Source: an uncultured Planctomycetia bacterium (GTDB lineage: Bacteria; Omnitrophota; Gorgyraeia; Duberdicusellales; 4484-171). From it: a stretch of 32,000 nucleotides of DNA. The notes below the pieces were generated by a model that saw only the letters and a program-made list of their open reading frames with translations, was not told the DNA's origin and ran no database searches. This document shows, in pieces, positions 1 to 7,639 of this stretch. Location: contig CAZHYN010000003.1 in NCBI GenBank assembly GCA_964536865.1, positions 30,001-62,000 of the forward strand. Reading direction: 5' to 3'. Each line of letters opens with the position of its first letter. Within the stretch, counting starts at the first letter, position 1. The position numbers were made by a program, and so were the translations under genes.

Positions 1-450
1 CAAACAGAACAAATATATATTTTATCCAAATCTAGATCTCTCCCCGAGGAAACAACTTCTTTTGCTTTCTTATACAACTGGGCATGAATTTTTCTCTGCC
101 TCTAAAGCATAGCGAATAGATTTCTCAGCTTCCTTTTCATTTTGCAATCTTGCAACTTCATTATAAGCAGAGCGCATCTCTTCCACTTCGAACTTCTCTC
201 CCCCAATAGCAGTCTCTAAGTTATTCTGTGTATTATCAACTCCTTTCAAAACTTCCAAATGATTTTTAGGGTGAACTAGCTCTGCATAAGCAATTGCTCT
301 AAATAATCTAGCAATATTAGGCCTTTCTTCTTTTTGAGCAACTTCTGAAAAAATTAAATACTTCATATGTGCTTGAGACTCACCTGCAAATGCAAACTGC
401 AAATTTTGGTGAGTAATTCTATGTATTCCACCTCCTTCCTTAACTTCCAC
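1..450 (-). pseudogene. rbr: Rubrerythrin (ferritin-like diiron domain plus C-terminal rubredoxin-like CxxC), interrupted by a +1 frameshift; 3' end runs off the window
   Basis: ORF 70..450 carries diiron-type motifs (FAGESQAHMKY, AYAELVH, ALEAEK). It stops at AEKNSCPVV*, but removing one base from the T5 run at 89-93 (A5 on the coding strand) restores EKIHAQLYKKAKEVVSSGRDLDLDKIYICSVC, which stays open to position 1. Confidence 0.8.
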
Positions 451-453
451 AAA

Positions 454-945
454 TTAATAACCTAAAAACTCCTCACTTTTTATTTGTGCTTTTATTATAC
501 CTAACTGAGTAAGAGCATCAACTATACTCCTTATTCAGAGCCTTATCTACGATATATTCCAAAATAGAAACTACCGGAGTAATTCCTATTCCTCCAATTT
601 TATGAAAGAGAGCTTTTTATAAGTTTCTCTAAATACACAACTTCCTAAGGGCATTCGTATTAAAACTTTATCCCCTGCCTTTAACCATTCCAACTTTTGG
701 GAAAATTCACTACTAGAAATTCTTTTGGTAAACTCTATATAATCCTTAGTTGGCGAAGAAGAAAAGGAGAGAAAATGTCTTGACCTATCTTTGTTCTTAT
801 CAAAGATAACTTCCATAAACTGACCAGGAATAAAATCTACCTTCTTTGAAATAGTAAACCGGAAGCTCTCTACAGAGGGAATCCTTCTTATTCTCTCTAC
901 TAACCTAACTTTTACCTCCATCGCTTTCCCTTTTATTCCTATCAT
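454..945 (-). pseudogene. FNR-like FAD/NAD(P)-binding oxidoreductase (likely rubrerythrin-partner reductase), frameshifted and internally deleted
   Basis: ORF 586..945 is an FAD-binding beta-barrel-like N-terminus (RFTISKKVDFIPGQFMEV, LSFSSSP). The nucleotide-binding motif KIGGIGITPVVSILEYIV follows in a second frame and stops after ~28 codons. A typical C-terminal tail (DALTQLGIIKAQIKSEEFLGY*) is in a third frame ending at 454, so most of the NAD-binding domain is missing. Confidence 0.65.
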
Positions 946-1088
946 TTAAATCTATTTTTCGTATCTTATTAATTATTTAAGCATAATACCTTTTAAAATA
1001 TCAAGAATTATTTTTTCTCTCTGCTTTTTTAATTATCCACTTATCAACGTAATAAATTTTAAAAATAAAGCTTTTATAATAAATATTT

Positions 1089-1460
1089 TCATAGTTTATC
1101 CTCATTAAGAAGAATGTAGATTAAATGAGGCAAAACAATTATAGAAGAAATAAAAATCAAAAGAAATCTAAATTTAGATACTCCTAAGACTTTCGCTAAA
1201 CAGCTAAACCCTAATGATAAAACTACTGCTGATAAATCTAATATAGTAGGTTCTGGTTTACCCGGATAAATTCTCAACAAACGTAAAACTAAACCTACAC
1301 CAAAGGCTATGGCAATTAAAAGATAAATTTGAGGTAATTTACTATTAAATATAATCATAATGAACTCTCCTCCTAAGACCGCGGTAAACCAAAAATAGAA
1401 GTATCTTAACTGGACTTTAGAAAGATTAGCTTTTCTAAAAAGAAAAAGATTTATTAACAT
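1089..1460 (-). CDS. Small integral membrane protein, unknown function
   Basis: 123-aa ORF with about four hydrophobic helices. It starts 5 nt downstream of pcm on the same strand. No recognisable motif. Confidence 0.5.
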   Translation of the reverse strand: MLINLFLFRKANLSKVQLRYFYFWFTAVLGGEFIMIIFNSKLPQIYLLIAIAFGVGLVLRLLRIYPGKPEPTILDLSAVVLSLGFSCLAKVLGVSKFRFLLIFISSIIVLPHLIYILLNEDKL

Positions 1461-1465
1461 CTTAA

Positions 1466-2281
1466 CTACTTACCTCTCACCATAGGTACGAATCGCACAG
1501 GAGCGATGTTTTTTATTTGCAATCCTTCTTTATCTTTTATTATTAATTTTAGATATTGAAAATGTTTCCCCATAGGAATAACCATTCTACCTCCTACCTT
1601 CAGCTGTTGAACGAGTTTAGAAGGAATAGAGGAAGGAGCACAGGTCACTATAATAGCATCAAAAGGGGCAAACTCATCCCATCCTAAGAATCCATCTCCA
1701 CACTTTACTTTAATATTCTGATATCCTAATTCTCTTAATCTCTTCTCGGCATTGAGAGCTAAAGGTTCTAAAATTTCGATAGTATAAATTTCCTTAGCTA
1801 ACTCTGCTAAAACAGCGGTCTGGTAACCGCTACCTGTACCAATCTCCAACACTCTCTCATCTCCTTCCAACTGAAGAAGTTCGGTCATCAAGGCAACAAT
1901 ATAGGGTTGAGAAATAGTTTGATTATAACCAATAGGTAAAGGACTATCAAAGTATGCTAAATTTTTAACTCCTGAAGGAACGAATCTATGACGAGGGACT
2001 TTAAGCATCGCTTCTATAACTCTCTTATCTTTTACTCCCCGAGCAATTATCTGCTCTTCTACCATCCTCTTTCTCAGAGGGAAAAAACTATCTTGAGTAT
2101 AACCAATGAGGGGAAAAGATAAAAGACTTAAGATTAGTAAACCCCGAACCACGCCTTTCCAGGCGTGGCTTTGGAGTATACCCTTCGGGTCTTTTGATAT
2201 GCATTCATCCACGGCTTTACCTCGCCCTTTCAAGGAAAGGGCGAGGTGGCTTTCTGTGGTTCGGGGTAAACTCTTCCTCAC
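1466..2281 (-). CDS. pcm: Protein-L-isoaspartate O-methyltransferase with hydrophobic N-terminal (signal/anchor-like) segment; annotated 5' end probably spurious
   Basis: PCMT motifs are present (ISQPYIVALM, LEIGTGSGYQTAVLA). The first ~43 codons are read through the repeat element at 2141-2267. A GTG at 2152 would give MVRGLLILSLLSFPLIGYTQ... as a more plausible start. Confidence 0.85.
   Translation of the reverse strand: MRKSLPRTTESHLALSLKGRGKAVDECISKDPKGILQSHAWKGVVRGLLILSLLSFPLIGYTQDSFFPLRKRMVEEQIIARGVKDKRVIEAMLKVPRHRFVPSGVKNLAYFDSPLPIGYNQTISQPYIVALMTELLQLEGDERVLEIGTGSGYQTAVLAELAKEIYTIEILEPLALNAEKRLRELGYQNIKVKCGDGFLGWDEFAPFDAIIVTCAPSSIPSKLVQQLKVGGRMVIPMGKHFQYLKLIIKDKEGLQIKNIAPVRFVPMVRGK
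2141..2267 (-). repeat. Copy 1 of a ~127-nt GC-rich structured palindromic element (MITE/RPE-like element or ncRNA)
   Basis: About 83% identical by hand alignment to 7818..7943. Terminal 12-bp inverted repeat ACCCCGAACCAC/GTGGTTCGGGGT, a 13-bp hairpin with CTT loop and an 8-bp hairpin with tetraloop. About 55% G+C by hand count, against visibly AT-rich flanks. Confidence 0.8.
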
Positions 2282-2687
2282 TGTCTTAAAACCTCGCTAT
2301 TGAAATAACAAATACTTACTAGCCTAACTAATGTGATTTATTATATCATAAATTGTATACTTTTAATCTAAACTTACTGATACATAACAAAAAGTTAAAT
2401 CTCTACTATAGTTATGGAAAGAATAAACTCAACAATAGTCTTTTTATGATATTTATTACATTCTTACTTAGAAATATAAAGAAAAGACTATCGATTAACT
2501 AGAAAGCACCTCGGAAGGTAAAACTGGTTACTAAAGCTCAAAACTTTCTATTTGTCTATTGAAAACATTCCTCTCTGTTATACGTAATAGAACAACTCAC
2601 CATTTAGATTTAGAAAGAGTTTAGAGGATTAAATTCATAAAAATGACTATCCTTATATCTCTTCTATTATTGTAGGGGATATCTTAG

Positions 2688-3110
2688 CTATTTACCTAGA
2701 GCTTGCCTTAAATCCATGGCGTGTTCCTGCTCCATACCTAGTATATTTCGTAATTGTTGAGCAAGAATAAACTCTCCCAGTGCTTCCGCTTGCTCTATTC
2801 TTAGTTTGTATCTTCTTATCGCATCTTCCTCTCCTTCTAAATCCTGATTAAGCATTTCTATATTATCGTCTGAAGTGTATATTTTACCGATATCAACGGT
2901 AGGAACTCCTCCTAGAAAATCTATCTGTTCAGCTAAGACTACCGCATGTCGAATCTCCTCAGTAGCATGAATTTTTAATTCCTTAATAATATCACCATAC
3001 TGGGCTCCCGACATAACCGCAGCATGTTGGATATACTGGATCGCTGCAGAATATTCTAACGATAAATCTGTGTTTAGTAACTCAATTAATTCTTTCTTAG
3101 TTATACCCAT
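2688..3110 (-). CDS. Ferritin-like diiron protein (bacterioferritin family, apparently without the haem-ligand Met)
   Basis: 140 aa with an E / ExxH / E / ExxH pattern (LSLEYSAAIQY, TEEIRHA, EGEEDAIRRY, MEQEHA). Ile replaces the Met that precedes the ExxH His in haem-binding Bfr. Confidence 0.8.
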   Translation of the reverse strand: MGITKKELIELLNTDLSLEYSAAIQYIQHAAVMSGAQYGDIIKELKIHATEEIRHAVVLAEQIDFLGGVPTVDIGKIYTSDDNIEMLNQDLEGEEDAIRRYKLRIEQAEALGEFILAQQLRNILGMEQEHAMDLRQALGK

Positions 3111-3340
3111 TTTACCTCCTAGATAACTTAAGAATACTTACGAAATTTAAATATTGTATTCATAAATCTTTAAATCACTATCTAACATAACAAACCCCTT
3201 TGTCTCAAAAACCCCTTCTTAAAAAACTTTTGATACCAGAATATTTTAGAGAGGTCTATTATTGAGAGAAATATCTAGAAGATCCCCACCCATCCCACCA
3301 ACATTGACAGATTCTTCTTTTTTTCTTTCTAAAGAAAAAT

Positions 3341-3384
3341 TTTTTATTCATTATCTTTTATATTTTTATTCATTATCTTTTATA
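3341..3384. repeat. Perfect 22-bp tandem duplication spanning the trmO stop codon
   Basis: TTTTTATTCATTATCTTTTATA occurs at 3341-3362 and again at 3363-3384. The unit contains the last codons (KDNE) and the stop of the 3366..3893 ORF. Confidence 0.9.
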
Positions 3385-3893
3385 AATCTCCCATCGTCTT
3401 TTGTGTCCTTAAGTCTATGTACTCTTCTCTCTAACCATCCTATCTTGTCTACTTTTCTTATATCAAATTCAGGCACATAAGGCTTTATATCTAAGAGGGG
3501 TGTGCCATCAACAATATCTACATCTCTAATATATAAAATATTTCTTCTAATCCTCAAGAGTCTTACCACAGAAATACCTATGGGATTCGGTCTTTTTGGA
3601 GCACGTGTAGCAAACACTCCATGAAAGTTATTATCCATATAAGGTTTAACGAGCGAGGAGTATCCTCGAACTAAATGAAAATGAAAAACTAAAATTATGT
3701 GAGAAAAACCTTCAAGATCTTTTAATCCTTCTATATACTCTTTATTTACAACAATTCTCCCTTTAGTTTCTTCTGCAGACTTTGGTTGAATGGGAGTACC
3801 TTTAGAAGACTTAAAAGGCGTATAGATTACACCAATTGGTTTATAAGATATACTTTTTAAATACATCCTTTTTAACTTCTCTTCTTTCTGCAC
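3366..3893 (-). CDS. trmO: tRNA (t6A37) methyltransferase TrmO/TsaA (YaeB/UPF0066 family)
   Basis: Family motifs read by eye: YKPIGVIYTPF, GFSHIILVFHFH, RPNPIGISVV, VDGTPLLDIKPY. Confidence 0.85.
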   Translation of the reverse strand: MQKEEKLKRMYLKSISYKPIGVIYTPFKSSKGTPIQPKSAEETKGRIVVNKEYIEGLKDLEGFSHIILVFHFHLVRGYSSLVKPYMDNNFHGVFATRAPKRPNPIGISVVRLLRIRRNILYIRDVDIVDGTPLLDIKPYVPEFDIRKVDKIGWLERRVHRLKDTKDDGRFIKDNE

Positions 3894-4151
3894 CCTTTTA
3901 CTCTACACTTCTTGTTGTGCTCACCTAATTAAATGTTAATAAATTATAAACCAACGTCAAGAATTTTCTATAGCTATATAATTATTTATAAAAGTCTCCT
4001 CAAGTAGATTTTTTCTTCAGTTTATATTCTTACTTAATTTAAACAAAACCTTAATCTTTTACTGGTATTTAAGAAAAAAAATTAGAAATTAGGGACGGGG
4101 TCTTGAGGTTTTGTTCTCTAAGGGATAAGCGCCGGATGAGGTACCTGAAAC

Positions 4152-4412
4152 TTATAAATCCAATGTAACTTCGTTGTTTTTCTCATTTATCTCTTTAATT
4201 TGATTGTTGGGGTCTACTTTTATCTTTAATTTGTATTTACCGGAACTTTGAGGCACCCATTTGAAACTCAATTTCCTCTTTTCAAACCCTTTTATATTCC
4301 ATAAGGAAATACTCTTATACTCATGGTTATTAATAAAAATCTTAACTTGGGTTCGTCTAATTAAGTTAGACGAATTATTTTTTATAATAAATGAGATAAA
4401 TTTTATTATAAA
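4152..4412 (-). pseudogene. Remnant of a CARDB-like cell-adhesion domain protein (no start codon, upstream frames broken)
   Basis: Minus-strand frame reads ...NNSSNLIRRTQVKIFINNHEYKSISLWNIKGFEKRKLSFKWVPQSSGKYKLKIKVDPNNQIKEINEKNNEVTLDL*. The end resembles the CARDB pattern (G.Y.i...vD..n.i.E.nE.NN). An in-frame TGA lies just upstream, and a signal-peptide-like MKK start near 4629 is in a broken frame. Confidence 0.4.
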
Positions 4413-4709
4413 TCACTCAGGAAGATCGTTTAGAATATTGCCTTCTTCGTTTTTTCTTTTATCTTATTATCTAGATTAGGAAATCTTGAAAATTATTATA
4501 GATTTTCTTAAAGGATCTTCTAAAGCTTACCCCGAATTAAACTCTACTTTACTTTGGAGTTAATGGATCAAAGATTCTTTTTTCTATTGGAACTTATAAC
4601 TTGGGAACAAAAAATCTTTACTTTTTCATTATTGATATTTAAAAGGAGATGGCCTCACATTCATCATAGTTTAAAAGAACTCTTCGTATGTGCTTGATTT
4701 ATAAAAAGT

Positions 4710-6284
4710 TCAGGAAGTCAATAATTGCTTTGCTTTCTGTAACTTCTCAAAGAAAAATTCCTTATATAGCTGTACAGTCCAAGATCTTACAATTCTTTGG
4801 CCAATGATACGAAAGACATAATTACGAGATCTTCGACACCATTTCTTCCATCCTACTCTGATCCTGTTAAAATAGAAAGGTAAACTAATAATAGAAATCA
4901 AATTCAACAAAAATATGAATAAGTATCTTATATGATAAAAATGTCCCATAATTTTTCGTATGGCAGACTGCATCCCTTCAGGAGTAAGAGGATAATCTGG
5001 TTTAAAGAGAGGAAAAGTGCCATCATAGTATTCCCAGCCCAATACAGAGCGAGGATATACTCGGCTGTTAGAGAGGAGTCTTGCTCTTAACTCCGTACCA
5101 GGTAGGGGGATAGGCAAGAGTACCTGGATGGTATCAATCTTTGCTTTTTTTATAAAATTCCTGAAATATTTTATTCTTTCTTCAACCCTCATTCTAAAAT
5201 TAAGTTTCTCTTTTGTGGGATAACCAAAAATAAACATACCATGTATGAAGAATCCAAATCTGTGAAAAACCCTAGTCAATTCTAACATATCTCTGGATCT
5301 TAAAGACTTATTCATAGCTTTAAGCTCTTCATCTATTGGGGACTCAAAACCAATACTTACAACCTTGATATTAGCTTGCCTCATTGCCGTGAGTAACTCT
5401 TCATCCTTAGCTTTATCTAAGCGGATTTGAACTGTAAATCTCAAAGCCACACCCCTTGATGTTTGATATTCTGCTAACATTTTACATAGTTTTAAAGTTT
5501 CGTCGCGGTCCTGACCAAATAGGTCATCGATAATAAAGAATTCTCTTGCACCCATTGTCTTTACAAGCTTATCAACCTGCCTAATTAGTTTTTGGCTGGA
5601 TGCATAGCGAGGCTTACCTTTAACTGTACAAAACTCACAATTCATTTTACATCCTCGAACTCTTCCCACGGGAAACAGTTTTATCCTAGCGTATTTAAGA
5701 AGAGAGAAATCAGGAAGAGGAAGGTCATCAAGATTTTGGATAGGAATCCGTTGAGTGGTATAAATTATTTTGTCCTCCTTCCTAAAAGCAATGCCAGGTA
5801 TCGAAGACAAATCACCTCCTTCAGAAAAAGCACAAAGGAGTTCTCTTATACTCATCTCTCCCTCTCCTCGGACGATACAATCTATACCTGAAAATAAAGC
5901 CTCGGGTATTGTTTCATCCACAAAGTGTTGACCACCAGCAATAGTTATTACTCCTCTCTGTTTATAAAATTTAGTCAATTCATAGATTCGAGGTAAAGAA
6001 CAGGTTAATCCTCCATAGAACCCTACCACGTCCGCTGGTTTCTGCTTCTGAAGTAATTCATGGTTTATGTTACCTGAAAAATTTCTTAGATGGGGATTAC
6101 GAAAATTATTTTCATCGATAACCTCTACATCCCATCCTTTGACTTCCTGTGCAGAAACAGCAATGTAGAGAGGTCCCAAAGTAGTTGTTTTGTTAGTAAC
6201 AAAAGAATATACATTAAATCTAGAATAAGCCGGGATGATTATACGTAACAAATATTTTTTCTTGGACTCTAATGTATATTTCAT
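4710..6284 (-). CDS. B12-binding-domain radical SAM protein with a C-terminal hydrophobic helix
   Basis: CxxxCxxC cluster motif (GCKMNCEFCTV), an N-terminal Rossmann-like B12-binding region, and a hydrophobic segment IRYLFIFLLNLISIISLPFYF near the C-terminus. Confidence 0.8.
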   Translation of the reverse strand: MKYTLESKKKYLLRIIIPAYSRFNVYSFVTNKTTTLGPLYIAVSAQEVKGWDVEVIDENNFRNPHLRNFSGNINHELLQKQKPADVVGFYGGLTCSLPRIYELTKFYKQRGVITIAGGQHFVDETIPEALFSGIDCIVRGEGEMSIRELLCAFSEGGDLSSIPGIAFRKEDKIIYTTQRIPIQNLDDLPLPDFSLLKYARIKLFPVGRVRGCKMNCEFCTVKGKPRYASSQKLIRQVDKLVKTMGAREFFIIDDLFGQDRDETLKLCKMLAEYQTSRGVALRFTVQIRLDKAKDEELLTAMRQANIKVVSIGFESPIDEELKAMNKSLRSRDMLELTRVFHRFGFFIHGMFIFGYPTKEKLNFRMRVEERIKYFRNFIKKAKIDTIQVLLPIPLPGTELRARLLSNSRVYPRSVLGWEYYDGTFPLFKPDYPLTPEGMQSAIRKIMGHFYHIRYLFIFLLNLISIISLPFYFNRIRVGWKKWCRRSRNYVFRIIGQRIVRSWTVQLYKEFFFEKLQKAKQLLTS

Positions 6285-6533
6285 GTTATCTTAACACTTA
6301 AACAGTAGCTTAATCCTAAAATCTCTAAAGCAATCATTGTGATTATCCAGACTATTTTTAAATAAAATAAATTTGTTACTATTAAGCTGGAATTTGATTT
6401 AGAGCTCCCTCTACTTAGAAGGTTAGTTACTCCTATCCAAGAACATAGATTCACAAGGTTTGACTTAATTGATTTCTTCGTTATAAATCTCCTATAATGA
6501 CTAAGGTTACCATAAACCTCATTACAAATAGGG

Positions 6534-6554
6534 AATACCTAAAGATTAGGTATT
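6534..6554. repeat. Perfect 9-bp inverted repeat with 3-bp spacer (AATACCTAA-AGA-TTAGGTATT), candidate operator
   Basis: Read directly. It lies 250 bp upstream of the radical SAM start. The arms contain the CCTAA/TTAGG pentamers also used by the feo operators, but in everted order. Confidence 0.5.
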
Positions 6555-6834
6555 ATATATAGAAGCAATTTTAAAGATGGATGGACTAACTACTTCAAAT
6601 ATAAAGAGTTGTAGTTGATATCCCTATTTATCGCCACCCTAAAATGAACTTCTTATATTAACTTTAAGGCTAAATTATTCCTACACTATACACCCTAATA
6701 CTTTTCAGTACTATTGTCAAGATAAAAATGTTTGGAGTATGTGTCAAGTATTTGGGGGTAGCTTTTTTAATGTTAGTTTGTCAAAAGGTTTAATGTAGAC
6801 CTAACCCAGCCTGTCTATCATTCATCGTCTTTTA

Positions 6835-6975
6835 ACGTTTTCACGTTCATACGTTTATACGTTCCCACGTTCATACGTTTACACATTTTTACGTTCTCAC
6901 GTTTACACGTTCCCATGTTTATACGTTCTCACGTTTACACGTTTATACGTTTTAACGTTTATACGTTTTAACGCC
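6835..6975. repeat. Array of 17 contiguous 8-bp units with conserved ACGTT core (ACGTTYNN) plus a partial 18th
   Basis: Units read in order: acgttttc acgttcat acgtttat acgttccc acgttcat acgtttac acattttt acgttctc acgtttac acgttccc atgtttat acgttctc acgtttac acgtttat acgtttta acgtttat acgtttta acgcc. The period is exactly 8, the core is conserved and the 3' half is variable. Confidence 0.95.
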
Positions 6976-7471
6976 TTTGACATATTATTTTAAAAACATT
7001 TTCCCAAGTTAAAGGGCATCCAGAAAAAATATAACAAAATTTATTGCGATAGCAATTAAAATTGTTAACATTTGATTCCTAAGCTAAAGGTTTATTTATT
7101 AAAGGTTTGTTCCTTCTCTCCGGCTAAAATCCTTAATCTTATGCAACATTTCAGTTTCAAACAAAAATGTTGCACATCATTTTTATTTCCAGTGAATCCC
7201 TTTTACAAATTTCCCATTATTCACAAAAAAGAAAAACTACTACTATTCTTCCCTTCCTACTACCTCACTAAATTTTACACTAACCAACAAAATTTCTGAA
7301 GATGCAGTTCGTTAGGTAAATTTTATGATATTCCAAATTCTTCAGCTCAACCTCGCAGGTTAATTTGGTTGTTTCCACTCCTGGGGTGGAAATTGCAAAT
7401 TTTTATCTCTGCCATAAAAGCTTCAGATAATTTGTAAAACAGAATTATAGTTAAATACATTTATCTTTTTG

Positions 7472-7639
7472 CTATTGCAATGTAAAGACGATAGAGACCT
7501 CCGTTGTTAAAGAAGATACCTTCATTTCTTCAGGTATAGGTGGAAAAGGTTGGGCTCTTTTTATTGTAGAGATTGCTTCTTTATTTAAGATATTAAAACT
7601 TGATGACTTTATAATTTTGATATCTCTGGCAAAACCTGT
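7472..7639 (-). pseudogene. tonB: Remnant of a TonB-family C-terminal domain
   Basis: Minus-strand frame reads GFARDIKIIKSSSFNILNKEAISTIKRAQPFPPIPEEMKVSSLTTEVSIVFTLQ*. This fits the TonB_C pattern (kSSG..lD.aA..av....f.P.P ... F.l). There is no N-terminal part, no start codon, and a TAA lies a few codons upstream. Confidence 0.6.

Noticed and set aside
2106-2303. 65-aa plus-strand ORF
   Set aside because: It is antisense to the pcm 5' end and lies almost entirely within the palindromic repeat element. It is open only because of the GC-rich repeat, and has no RBS.
2319-2335. Half-site TAGCCTAA upstream of pcm, as a fourth DtxR box
   Set aside because: Only one arm is present. The minus strand reads TTAGGCTAGTAAG, which lacks the CCTAA partner, so there is no palindrome.
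3262-3480. 72-aa plus-strand ORF; also 4261..4479, 7072..7299, 7617..7814 and 17078..17296
   Set aside because: These are low-complexity, Leu/Phe/Ser/Ile-rich translations of AT-rich intergenic DNA, or of the antisense of gene remnants. They have no RBS and no recognisable motifs. 7617..7814 is antisense to the exbB/tonB remnants and 4261..4479 is antisense to the CARDB remnant.
5592-5891. Antisense ORFs inside well-supported genes: 5592..5891, 10602..10829, 12792..13187, 14342..14542, 19239..19439, 22914..23210, 23713..24216, 25119..25433, 25775..26248, 29733..29951 and 30210..30473
   Set aside because: Each lies wholly within, and opposite to, a gene with clear family motifs (radical SAM, feoB, transposases, GT2, REC, lpd-like, mdh, icd, aminotransferase). 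The translations are low-complexity shadow ORFs.
6715-6784. Three TGTCAA motifs (TTGACA on the minus strand) within 70 bp, as stacked promoters for the radical SAM gene
   Set aside because: Only one has a passable -10 at 17-nt spacing (TATCTT), and they lie 430-500 bp from the start codon. This is too weak to call without transcript data.
6835-6975. Octamer array as a coding repeat (for example the His-rich frame RFHVHTFIRSHVHTF...)
   Set aside because: All three plus-strand frames are open simply because the unit contains no stop triplet. There is no start codon or RBS, the period of 8 is not a multiple of 3, and the minus strand is closed in all frames.
7040-7070. Possible solo IS inverted-repeat relic (TTGCGATAGCAATTAAAATTG resembles the copy B right end TTGCGATAAAATTG)
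   Set aside because: It matches only 8+7 nt and needs a 6-nt gap, and the diagnostic GGGAAAGCTTC terminus is absent. This is not distinguishable from chance.
7142-7174. 10-bp perfect stem (TGCAACATTT ... AAATGTTGCA) followed by a T-rich run on the plus strand, terminator-like
   Set aside because: There is no plus-strand gene upstream to terminate, and the T-run starts 5 nt after the stem. It may be a relic terminator or sRNA end, but I cannot support either.
7371-7400. CRISPR-repeat-like 30-mer GTTTCCACTCCTGGGGTGGAAATTGCAAAT with a 7-bp internal hairpin
   Set aside because: It occurs only once in the window. There are no spacers, no second repeat and no cas genes. It is probably just a hairpin about 80 nt downstream of the tonB remnant.
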